A stretch of 59,575 nucleotides of DNA, counting the filler. It is 3 parts of 3 records of this genome, joined end to end, with 100 filler letters (N's around TTAATTAATTAA, not from the genome) between each part and the next. Parts side by side here need not be neighbours in the genome. Positions count along the whole stretch, not along the records: positions 1 to 17,657 come from SRR22947727_841; 2 more parts are not named here. One strand, written 5' to 3'. The notes under the pieces are model-generated. The model made no database searches. It was given only the letters and a program-made list of their open reading frames with translations, and was not told where the DNA came from. This document shows, piece by piece, positions 9,434 to 17,657 of this stretch; positions within the stretch are counted from its first letter, which is position 1; the number at the start of each line of letters is the position of its first letter. The translations under genes and the position numbers were made by a program.

Positions 9434-11617
9434 ATGGCAAGATTCGGACGATCTTCAGAAAAAACATTTCGCTCCAGAAACAGAGCTATAGCCGCGCTTG
9501 TCAAAAGTACATCAAACGTTGTTGTTTCAGATCTTCATGGACTTGATTCTGCAGATACTATTCAACTGATTGACTCTGCATATATTGCTGCTAGATCTTC
9601 AGCAGGTACAGATTCGGCTGGTGTTACAGGCATTATTGATAGCGATTATGCATTTAATCTTACAAAAATTACTTCAACTCAAGAATTTAGAATCCAAACT
9701 GCTCAACCAGTAATTACTGATGTTGATCAGTACTGGTATAAATCTGATAGTGATATTCTATATAAATCTGTACCAAGTCTTACACTCACTACCACTATGC
9801 CACCAGTTGCAGTAGATGGCACAAATACTCCATATAATCAATTCCGTGATTATCCTGCGATGTATCCATCATCAGCAACTCGAACGAATATTAGTGGTAC
9901 TGATGCTCTTGGTGGAACATTTACTTCAGGTACAACTGCATCAGCTTGGTTTTATTTTGAAGGCGGTCCGTATCCAGCAAATCCGCAAAATTTAAATAAA
10001 GGTTTTTATTATAACTTTACTCCTGCTGTGGATCTTCGGGGTATTATAATTGAAAATGGGAACTCAAATGCTGGTAGACTTGAGAGAATTGATTATGATG
10101 ATGGATCATATGCCGATAACGGATTTCCAGGTGGCGGTACTGTTACATACTACTATTCAAATGGTAGTGCAATGGGCAAGACTGCCTCTGCAAATACAAC
10201 AGGTAATACGTTTGTAGATATAAGTCACCCAACTGGAGCACTAGCAACTCGAATTGGTTTCTCTCAAGTTGGTGATTATTATCCTAGTAATGATGTCTTT
10301 TTGTTTTTTGCTGGTGCCCGAGTTTGGGAAGAAATTGATAGAGCAAGAACTAGTTCCGATTTAGGACTTGATTCTGCTGCAGCCACATCTCTGATTGATA
10401 GTTCATATATTAATGCTCGTGTAAATATATTTGATTCCGCAATTGTCACCAATCTTGTTGATAGTGCTTACATTCAATTAAGAGATAGATTTCAAGAAGA
10501 TTCAAACTTTGTAACTAATATTGTTGACAGTTCTTATATTCAAGCAAGGCAAACATCTGGTGGCGGTGGGTCAGGCACAGTCGATTCGGCTCAAACTATT
10601 TCGCTGATCAATTCTGTTATTGATAGCGTTGGCCCATCAAGAGCATTTACATATAGCTATACAGCTACTGCAGGTCAAACATCATTCTCTGGCGCTGACA
10701 ATAATAGTAATACACTTGCTTATTCAACTGGTAATATCATTACATTCTTAAATGGTATTCTACTAGTTGATTCTGATGATTATGCTGCAACTACAGGTAA
10801 TTCAATCGTATTGAATTCGGCTGCAAGTTTAAATGATATATTAAATGTCGTTAAATTTAGAGCAACTGGATCTGGCGGTAATTTATCACACGAACAATAC
10901 AAATATACGGTTTCATCTCCTACGACTACATTTAGTGGTAATGACGATAAAGGTAATTCCTTATCATATGAAACTGGTGAATTGCAAGTATACTTAAATG
11001 GTATCTTGCTCATTGATTCACAAGATTATGTTGCTTCAAATGGAACATCTGTTGTACTTACTGCTGCGACTGATTCGAATGATGTTCTTGCAATCAGTAA
11101 ATATATTGGTGGTAATTCAACGGTCAATCAAGTTAACAATGCATTTAGATCAACACATTTTGTATACACTACTACATCTCCTATTACTACCATAACTGGT
11201 TCTGATGATAATAGTGCTACACTATCATATATTGAAAATCAGATTCAAGTATTTCAAAATGGTATCTTGCTAATTGACTCAGCTGATTATACTGCAACAA
11301 ACGGAACATCCATTATATTAGGAACTGCAACAGATTCTGGTGACACTGTTGTAATTACAGCATTTAGAGGTGTAATTTCTGGAGGTCTTGATTCCGCAGA
11401 TGTACTTGCAATTGCCGGTGGTGGAGGAGGCGGCACAGACTCTGCCACGGTCATTGCACTCAGTGGTGAGTTGAAAGGTGGTATGTTCAGGATTAACCCG
11501 CAGTCTCTCAATATAAATACAACTATAGATAGTAATGAGAATGCACACTGTGCAGGTCCAATATCATTTGATAGTGGTGTAGTGCTAACAATCAACGGTA
11601 ACTTGGTAATAAGCTAA
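9434..11617 (+). CDS. Tail-fibre-like structural protein with DS repeats, an inserted globular domain and three V[FY]xNG-type repeat domains
   Basis: Shares modules with the 2-6904 protein; C-terminal NAHCAGPISFDSGVVLTINGNLVI motif of marine phage fibres. Confidence 0.8.
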   Translation: MARFGRSSEKTFRSRNRAIAALVKSTSNVVVSDLHGLDSADTIQLIDSAYIAARSSAGTDSAGVTGIIDSDYAFNLTKITSTQEFRIQTAQPVITDVDQYWYKSDSDILYKSVPSLTLTTTMPPVAVDGTNTPYNQFRDYPAMYPSSATRTNISGTDALGGTFTSGTTASAWFYFEGGPYPANPQNLNKGFYYNFTPAVDLRGIIIENGNSNAGRLERIDYDDGSYADNGFPGGGTVTYYYSNGSAMGKTASANTTGNTFVDISHPTGALATRIGFSQVGDYYPSNDVFLFFAGARVWEEIDRARTSSDLGLDSAAATSLIDSSYINARVNIFDSAIVTNLVDSAYIQLRDRFQEDSNFVTNIVDSSYIQARQTSGGGGSGTVDSAQTISLINSVIDSVGPSRAFTYSYTATAGQTSFSGADNNSNTLAYSTGNIITFLNGILLVDSDDYAATTGNSIVLNSAASLNDILNVVKFRATGSGGNLSHEQYKYTVSSPTTTFSGNDDKGNSLSYETGELQVYLNGILLIDSQDYVASNGTSVVLTAATDSNDVLAISKYIGGNSTVNQVNNAFRSTHFVYTTTSPITTITGSDDNSATLSYIENQIQVFQNGILLIDSADYTATNGTSIILGTATDSGDTVVITAFRGVISGGLDSADVLAIAGGGGGGTDSATVIALSGELKGGMFRINPQSLNINTTIDSNENAHCAGPISFDSGVVLTINGNLVIS
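11512..11519 (+). promoter_or_regulatory. Possible internal T4-type late promoter TATAAATA
   Basis: Exact consensus about 100 bp upstream of ATG 11617, but inside a CDS in AT-rich DNA. Confidence 0.4.
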
Positions 11618-12375
11618 TGACTAGAAATGCAGACATTGCTAAAATACTCGGTAGATCAGAAGCAGCAAATGCTTCCAATGTTGCATTAAGTACTGGATTA
11701 GATTCTGCGCAAGTGTTATCAATTAGTGGCACTGGAAGCACGTTTAGAGATAGTTCATCAAATCCTATTTTAAATATTGAAGCAGGTACAAGATTATACC
11801 ACTCTGGATGGACAGATTCTGCTGATACAACAAATCATCCCAGGATTAATTCAGCACAACTAAGAAAGGGTAGTTTAGTACATGTTGCTAGTAATTTAAC
11901 TCATTTTGGAAGCAGTGCTGCAGCCCAAGCACAAAGGGAACGTCAGCAATATATGTATCAAAATGTGTTTTGTGTAATGCCTACTGCAAATACTGGCATA
12001 GATATTCTAAGATATACAATGCTTGATGGCGGTGATGATGCTGTACCAAGTGCTAATGAAATTTATAACCGAGTAAATTGGATATGTTGGGCTGGTGGTC
12101 ATACGAATGCAACTGGAAGTGGAGCAATTCATACAATAGGCACTATTGATTATAACGGCGCATCACCAACAAATGGTACATCCCATACACATGCTGATGG
12201 CAATTCTCCTAGTTTTGCATGGAATCATAGTAACTTTGTTTCTACATTAAATATACAAGGATCTGGCAATAGTGGAAATGTTGGTTACTTTACTGTCTTT
12301 GTACAAATATTGTTTACTCATGGTGCAGGTTCGCGCGGATCAGCAATATATTATAAATTAGAGGAGTTAGTCTAA
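11617..12375 (+). CDS. Putative fibre/receptor-binding accessory protein
   Basis: N-terminus near-identical to that of 12563 ORF; TAATG coupling. Confidence 0.65.
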   Translation: MTRNADIAKILGRSEAANASNVALSTGLDSAQVLSISGTGSTFRDSSSNPILNIEAGTRLYHSGWTDSADTTNHPRINSAQLRKGSLVHVASNLTHFGSSAAAQAQRERQQYMYQNVFCVMPTANTGIDILRYTMLDGGDDAVPSANEIYNRVNWICWAGGHTNATGSGAIHTIGTIDYNGASPTNGTSHTHADGNSPSFAWNHSNFVSTLNIQGSGNSGNVGYFTVFVQILFTHGAGSRGSAIYYKLEELV

Positions 12376-12560
12376 TGTCTGATAATTATACTTTTGGCAA
12401 CGACTCCGCAGAACAAAATCAAATTATAGTCACAAAAAGACAGGCTGCTTATATGGAAGAGTTAGGCAGTTGGCAAGATCAATTACATATGATATATGAT
12501 GATGAAGCAAATTGGCGTGCAAGAATAGCAGAAATTAAAACACAGTATCCTAAGGTGTAA
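12375..12560 (+). CDS. Small phage protein, possible fibre-assembly chaperone
   Basis: KRQAAY..SWQDQLHMIYDD...WRARIAEIKTQYPK pattern common after fibre genes in marine phages; translationally coupled. Confidence 0.6.
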   Translation: MSDNYTFGNDSAEQNQIIVTKRQAAYMEELGSWQDQLHMIYDDEANWRARIAEIKTQYPKV

Positions 12561-12562
12561 TA

Positions 12563-13687
12563 ATGCCAGTAAGTAGAAATAGAGACATCGCAACAATACT
12601 TGGTAGATCAGAAGCAGCAAATGCTTCGAATACTGCATTAGGCACTGGATCTGGCGGAGGTGCATCGGTATCATTTGTTGATTCTGATGGCTTGCTACCA
12701 AGTGCAGATCTTGCTGGTGATTCGGGTGATATTGTATTTTCTCGTTCTTCAAATAAGATGTTTGTCGGAGAAGGTTCATATTGGAGACAGTATAGTACAT
12801 CTACGATTAATCCATCAGTAGAAATGCTTATCGTTGCTGGAGGCGGCGGAGGTCAATCTGGTGGTGGAGGAGCTGGAGGATTACTTTATTATGGAAGCGA
12901 AAATCCAAAGACGCCGAATGGTTCTGCTGTCGAATTATCTCTCGGAAACACTTATACCGTTACTGTAGGTACAGGTGGTGGTCGAGCAACTAATGGTACG
13001 AGTTCTTCTGTTGTCGGTAGTGGCATTAACTATGTTGCGTCTGGCGGAGGTGCTGGTGGTAAACCTTCTGCTGCTACTGCGGCCGCAAATGGGTACACAG
13101 TAACTGCAATAGGAAGTGGTTGGCAAGGTGGTACTGGTGGATCTGGTGGTGGAGGTGGTGGCAACAATGCTGTTGGTAGCAATGCGTTAACTGGAGGTGC
13201 TGGTACTGCGGGTCAAGGAAATAACGGTGGTGCTGGATACGAAGCTGGTAACTCCCCTGCCGGTGGTGGTGGAGGCGCGGGTGGTGTTGGAGGAAATGCC
13301 ACTAATAATTCTAGCAACGGTGCAAACACGGGTATTGGTGGAGCAGGATTATCATATGATATTACAGGATCATCAGTAATTTATGCAGCTGGTGGCGGCG
13401 CTGGTTCTCACAATGCTGGAGCTGGTGCAGGTGGTTCAAGTGGTGTAGGTGGTGATGGTGCAATTAATTCTGGTGCGCCTACAGCACCTAATGCAAATAC
13501 GGGATCTGGTGGAGGTGGAGGTGGATACGCTAATGCTAATGCTGCTACGGTATCAAATGGAGCAGATGGCGTAGTGATCATTAGATCTACTGGACAACTT
13601 ACTACAACTGGTTCGAATGTAACAGAAACTCAATCAGGTGCACACTTTGTTTATAGATTTACAGGCAACGGGACATTTAGAGTATGA
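12563..13687 (+). CDS. Glycine-rich-domain virion protein
   Basis: VEMLIVAGGGGG...GGGGAGG...ANTGSGGGGG...GADGVVIIR...YRFTGNGTF. Confidence 0.8.
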   Translation: MPVSRNRDIATILGRSEAANASNTALGTGSGGGASVSFVDSDGLLPSADLAGDSGDIVFSRSSNKMFVGEGSYWRQYSTSTINPSVEMLIVAGGGGGQSGGGGAGGLLYYGSENPKTPNGSAVELSLGNTYTVTVGTGGGRATNGTSSSVVGSGINYVASGGGAGGKPSAATAAANGYTVTAIGSGWQGGTGGSGGGGGGNNAVGSNALTGGAGTAGQGNNGGAGYEAGNSPAGGGGGAGGVGGNATNNSSNGANTGIGGAGLSYDITGSSVIYAAGGGAGSHNAGAGAGGSSGVGGDGAINSGAPTAPNANTGSGGGGGGYANANAATVSNGADGVVIIRSTGQLTTTGSNVTETQSGAHFVYRFTGNGTFRV

Positions 13688-14076
13688 CGAGCGAACTCAG
13701 AGTAACAACACTATCGAATGCAACTGGTGATGGGCCAGCGACACTGACTAGTCAGATTGCCGCTACGAGTCTTTTGAATTTTCAGAATTTGAGTTCTAAT
13801 GTCACTCATAGAAGCTTGAATATATCGAGTGTTGTTGATGATGATAATGGGACATTTAATGTGAATTTTACTACGAGTTATAATGCGGCTGATTACATAA
13901 CAACGACTTCATCATATGATACATCTCCAGGAACAAATGCTGCATTAGTAATGTCAACGTATAGTGGAGCTCAAGCTTATTCTACGAGTGGATGTGGATT
14001 TATGGCAGAAGATGTTGATGGAGGTAATAGAGATTACGATAGAAACTTTATGGCGTTTTACGGAGACCTCGCATGA
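13684..14076 (+). CDS. Small fibre-tip-like phage protein (paralog of 14547-14906)
   Basis: SLNISSVVDDDNGTFNVNFT...ADY and C-terminal GDLA; ATGA overlaps. Confidence 0.65.
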   Translation: MTSELRVTTLSNATGDGPATLTSQIAATSLLNFQNLSSNVTHRSLNISSVVDDDNGTFNVNFTTSYNAADYITTTSSYDTSPGTNAALVMSTYSGAQAYSTSGCGFMAEDVDGGNRDYDRNFMAFYGDLA

Positions 14077-14543
14077 GTACTATAACAAATTCTGGTGGAC
14101 ATCTTAAATTTGATAATAAACCGTTCTCATTAGTAAGAGCTGGACCAGGATTAAGCGCATACACTAGTACAAGTTATAGTAGAGGTGATAAAGTTCCGTA
14201 TAATACTGTAACTGCTTCTAATGGTATTACATGGAATACAACCGATTATACATTTACAGTTCCTGTTGCAGGACTATACCATTTTAATGGATGTATTAGA
14301 ATTAGTAGAGAAGAAGATTGGATGTATTGGTGGGTTTACAAAGAAGGCACTGGCGCGTTATATACAGAAAAAATAGTTCTGAGTATGGGAGCATATGGTG
14401 TAAATTTTACAACAGCAAATGGTGGAACAATGGCAGAACTTGAAACCACTGAAAGTTATAGTATTAGGGCAATTTGGACATCAACTAATACCGTCAACTT
14501 CTATCTTGGTCAAACCTGGATGGATATTGTTTTCGCAGGATAA
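14073..14543 (+). CDS. C1q/TNF-like domain phage protein
   Basis: WNTTDYTFTVPVAGLYHFN motif. Confidence 0.7.
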   Translation: MSTITNSGGHLKFDNKPFSLVRAGPGLSAYTSTSYSRGDKVPYNTVTASNGITWNTTDYTFTVPVAGLYHFNGCIRISREEDWMYWWVYKEGTGALYTEKIVLSMGAYGVNFTTANGGTMAELETTESYSIRAIWTSTNTVNFYLGQTWMDIVFAG

Positions 14544-14546
14544 GAT

Positions 14547-14906
14547 ATGACCGGAAAAATTACAGTAGGAACCATACAAGATACCGATGGAAATACGGTC
14601 GCCTCTACCTTTGTGACAAATGGTAGTGCAAAGCATTGGATTCACCTAGTCGGAACTGGAACGATTACAACTCTAGATAGCTTCAATAGTTCTAGCATCA
14701 GCGATTTAGCAACGGGACGATATCAAACTAATTTTTCTAATAACATGAATAATGTTAACTATGCTGTAGCTGCCGCTGACCAATATCAAACATCAGGATT
14801 TTATAGCTCAACAACTTCAAGTCATAATATTTTTATTAACACATCAGATCCGCGCAGCGCGGTTGATTCGATTGTTGCAACAATGTTACAAGGGGACTTA
14901 GCATGA
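14547..14906 (+). CDS. Small fibre-tip-like phage protein (paralog of 13684-14076)
   Basis: GSAKHWI...SFNSSSISDLATGRYQTNFSNNM..NY and C-terminal GDLA. Confidence 0.65.
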   Translation: MTGKITVGTIQDTDGNTVASTFVTNGSAKHWIHLVGTGTITTLDSFNSSSISDLATGRYQTNFSNNMNNVNYAVAAADQYQTSGFYSSTTSSHNIFINTSDPRSAVDSIVATMLQGDLA

Positions 14907-16273
14907 GTAGAAATAGAGATAATGCAAATCTAAGATCTACTCTTGATATTGCGCCCGAAGTATTTACAATTAACGTAGATGCTCCAGGAGCAGGAGGTCA
15001 TACTCCATGGAAATGGAGTTGGGATGCAGGAACTGTGGCATATGCTCGAGTCGGTATTACAAATCTAGCTCAAGATAATGTACCAATCTATAAAGCAGGT
15101 AACTATACCGTAAATAATTTTGCCGCTCATGATGTGCACGATGATATGACTCAAACACATAAAATCCATTTGAAATGGATTGAAGGCGCGGGAACTCAAA
15201 ACAATATATCATGGGTGACATCAACATTAAATGTTACAGGTCAAACACACCCCGATATTAATGGCGGTCAAGAAACAGAAATACAAAGATTAACAATTGC
15301 TGTTCCAGAAAATGTAGTAATTCCAACACTTACAAATCCTACAGTTACTTACAGTGTTACAAACAATGGTTCAGGCGCATATGAATTTACAAATTCTAGG
15401 GGTGGAGATAACCCTGATATAGGACCAGTGCGCCGTGGTGGCACATATACGTTCAGTGTAAACGCTGCCGGTCATCCATTTTATTTGACTACAGATAGCG
15501 CAGGCTTATATTCATCTGGTAACTATGTTGGAGAATACACAACAGGCGTAACAGGTTCTAGAACAGTGAGCGGTGATTTAGTGTGGACTGTAGATAGTAG
15601 TGCACCAGATACACTGTATTATGCATGCGGCAATCATTCATCGATGTTTGGAAATATTACTGTAAAAGATTTGGCTGTTGATAGTAATGGATCAGGATTA
15701 ACACAGGTTTATTTTCAACACGATCAAGAAGGACATAAAACTGCAGCTGAAATAAGAGAAGTACCTACAATTCCTGGTAATGTGTGTTTAGTTTTCAATG
15801 CTACGACTGGCATTTTTGAGCCACAAGATCTTGGCACATACATGGATAATACTACTCAATTTAGAGAAAAGATTGTAAGCCTGATTGATAATGATGGTTC
15901 AAACTATGTTGATTCTGCAGAGTTGGCTACGTCGATCAAAGATGATATTATTTTTAATATTACACTATATCAGCAAGATGATCTCAGTGTTACAACTGGT
16001 ACTGCGAGATGGTATGCACCTTTTGATCTTACCGTAACATCTATATCACCTATATTAGGTACTGCAGCAGATGATACTGTAACAACGCTCGTAAAGAAAA
16101 ATGGAAGCACTGTTTCAACGATTACATTTGCAGCATCGGCAACAACTGGAACTCCATCTGCAAATACATTTAGTATGAGTGAAGGTGATTATCTTACACT
16201 CGATGTAACAACAATCGGAACCACTGCTAAAGGTAAAGATATGACCACTCAGTTTAAATATAAGCGAGTATAA
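14903..16273 (+). CDS. Virion structural protein with cupredoxin-like domain
   Basis: RGGTYTFSVNAAGHPFYL...APDTLYYACGNHSSMFGNI. Confidence 0.75.
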   Translation: MSRNRDNANLRSTLDIAPEVFTINVDAPGAGGHTPWKWSWDAGTVAYARVGITNLAQDNVPIYKAGNYTVNNFAAHDVHDDMTQTHKIHLKWIEGAGTQNNISWVTSTLNVTGQTHPDINGGQETEIQRLTIAVPENVVIPTLTNPTVTYSVTNNGSGAYEFTNSRGGDNPDIGPVRRGGTYTFSVNAAGHPFYLTTDSAGLYSSGNYVGEYTTGVTGSRTVSGDLVWTVDSSAPDTLYYACGNHSSMFGNITVKDLAVDSNGSGLTQVYFQHDQEGHKTAAEIREVPTIPGNVCLVFNATTGIFEPQDLGTYMDNTTQFREKIVSLIDNDGSNYVDSAELATSIKDDIIFNITLYQQDDLSVTTGTARWYAPFDLTVTSISPILGTAADDTVTTLVKKNGSTVSTITFAASATTGTPSANTFSMSEGDYLTLDVTTIGTTAKGKDMTTQFKYKRV

Positions 16274-16276
16274 ATA
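16269..16276 (+). promoter_or_regulatory. T4-type late promoter TATAAATA
   Basis: Exact consensus at gene junction followed by AAGGA RBS. Confidence 0.8.
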
Positions 16277-16299
16277 GAGTAAAAGGATTATGAATTTAT

Positions 16300-16887
16300 A
16301 TGATGAAAAAAGAAAATGTGTTTGTCACTAGTCTTATCTATGGCAATCTAGAGTGTGAATATAATAAAGACGAAATTGTAAAATTTATTCATGAAGAAGA
16401 GAGTAATAATTCGGGAAGAAATGTTTCAAATAGAATGGGTTGGCAGTCACTTGGATTTACACAAGAGACATTTCCAAAAATGTTTAAGCCAATCATTGAC
16501 GAAATTGATAAACACGTTTTAGATTATTATAGATTTATTGGAATAGAAAACTTTCCGGAAGTGGCACAATTTTGGATAAATGTGAATAGGAGACATTCTT
16601 ATAATATTGAACATACACATCCAGGATCAATTGTTTCTGGAACATTTTATTTAAAGGTTCCAAAAGATAGCGGTGCTATCGTTTTTTGTAGGAATGATGG
16701 TTGTGAAAATAGTTGGGAAGGTTATTCTGGAAAACGGAAATCAGTAGAATCTTGGTCACAATATTCTTGGACACCAGAAGAAAATCAATTAATATTATTT
16801 CCGCCTTGGTTAAAGCATAGGGTAGATCCTAATATTACAGAAGATAAAGATGATTCTAGGATTTCAATAGCATTTAATTATACTTAA
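16300..16887 (+). CDS. 2OG-Fe(II) oxygenase (TIGR02466-like)
   Basis: SNRMGWQS, WININ-like WINVN, HTHPGS..SGTFYL, LILFPPWLKHRV, RISIAFN. Confidence 0.88.
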   Translation: MMKKENVFVTSLIYGNLECEYNKDEIVKFIHEEESNNSGRNVSNRMGWQSLGFTQETFPKMFKPIIDEIDKHVLDYYRFIGIENFPEVAQFWINVNRRHSYNIEHTHPGSIVSGTFYLKVPKDSGAIVFCRNDGCENSWEGYSGKRKSVESWSQYSWTPEENQLILFPPWLKHRVDPNITEDKDDSRISIAFNYT

Positions 16888-16895
16888 GAAAAGAA

Positions 16896-16903
16896 TATAA
16901 ATA
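16896..16903 (+). promoter_or_regulatory. T4-type late promoter TATAAATA
   Basis: Exact consensus in the intergenic gap followed by AAGGA RBS and ATG 16920. Confidence 0.82.
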
Positions 16904-16919
16904 AGTTAAAGGATTCACA

Positions 16920-17162
16920 ATGGCTACACAATTTAGTATTACATACGATTCAGCATTGACAGAGACTTTCTCTGCTGATTTGGATGGAAATAATTTGACA
17001 GTCAGCAGAGAAGAAACAGTATCTTCTGGCATGTATGATAGTACAGAAACTGTATGGACTCCTATAGTGGTGCAGCCATGGAAACCGTTAAGTGATGGAT
17101 CACGCGGTGATTGGGAAAATGAAGCAGAAGCTGTTACTTGGTATAAGGAAAACCACTCATGA
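16920..17162 (+). CDS. Hypothetical phage protein
   Basis: ORF with RBS and late promoter; two DS motifs. Confidence 0.65.
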   Translation: MATQFSITYDSALTETFSADLDGNNLTVSREETVSSGMYDSTETVWTPIVVQPWKPLSDGSRGDWENEAEAVTWYKENHS

Positions 17163-17657
17163 CAAAATTTAAAGGTACAACCAGATCAAGTTGCGTTGTT
17201 TTTGAAACTGGCAGTCCAAACCACAGTAATATTTATATTGATGGTGATGCATACGACATTACTACTTTAGCTCATAAGTTTGATAGTCCACCATTACTTA
17301 GTACTGCAAGCACACAAACTGGTGAATTTGAAGCAGCTGCTAATAGTGGCGAATCGATTTATAATTCAGGTGCGCAAACGAATACTGTTACTGGTAGTCA
17401 GCCATACAACTCACTAGCATTATCTAAGTATACAGCATATGCCCAACAACGCGCAAATACAGGTAACTCCGCTACAAATGATGTGGTTCCTCATAATTTT
17501 ATTGATATGGATCCTAACGGTCAACACGGAAGTGTTTTTAGATTTACTAATGACGATGGTGATGAAAGAATCATTTGGAATAAAAGTTCATTTCCATTTA
17601 ACTGGTACTACATAAGTTCTTGGCATAACACAGGTTCTACAGAAATATCAGACAAAC
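17159..17657 (+). CDS. Hypothetical phage protein, 3'-truncated at contig end
   Basis: ATGA overlap; open until the N spacer. Confidence 0.65.

Larger units (their letters stand above)
1..17657 (+). mobile_element. Contig 1: T4-like (likely marine) myovirus genome fragment, virion/tail-fibre late region
   Basis: AT-rich, all genes on + strand and tightly packed; TATAAATA late-promoter boxes; phage fibre motifs (DADTLDG, TTDDLTEGSTNLYYT, gp34-like C-terminal module); 2OG-Fe(II) oxygenase typical of marine T4-like phages. Confidence 0.88.

Noticed and set aside
2-11617. DS excess as a DNA-level enrichment of GANTC (CcrM/HinfI) sites, since GAT-TCN reads GATTC
   Set aside because: Many DS pairs use GAY-AGY, and the duplicated peptide at 5165/10457 keeps DS while losing GANTC at two sites, so the constraint is on the protein.
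12181-12195. HxH (SHTHA) as a T4 gp37-type iron site
   Set aside because: Single occurrence without the repeated HxH pattern; insufficient support.
1-17657. Diversity-generating retroelement, invertase shufflon or stop-codon recoding in the fibre region
   Set aside because: No reverse transcriptase or recombinase, no adenine-specific TR/VR pair seen, and ORFs are intact under the standard code.
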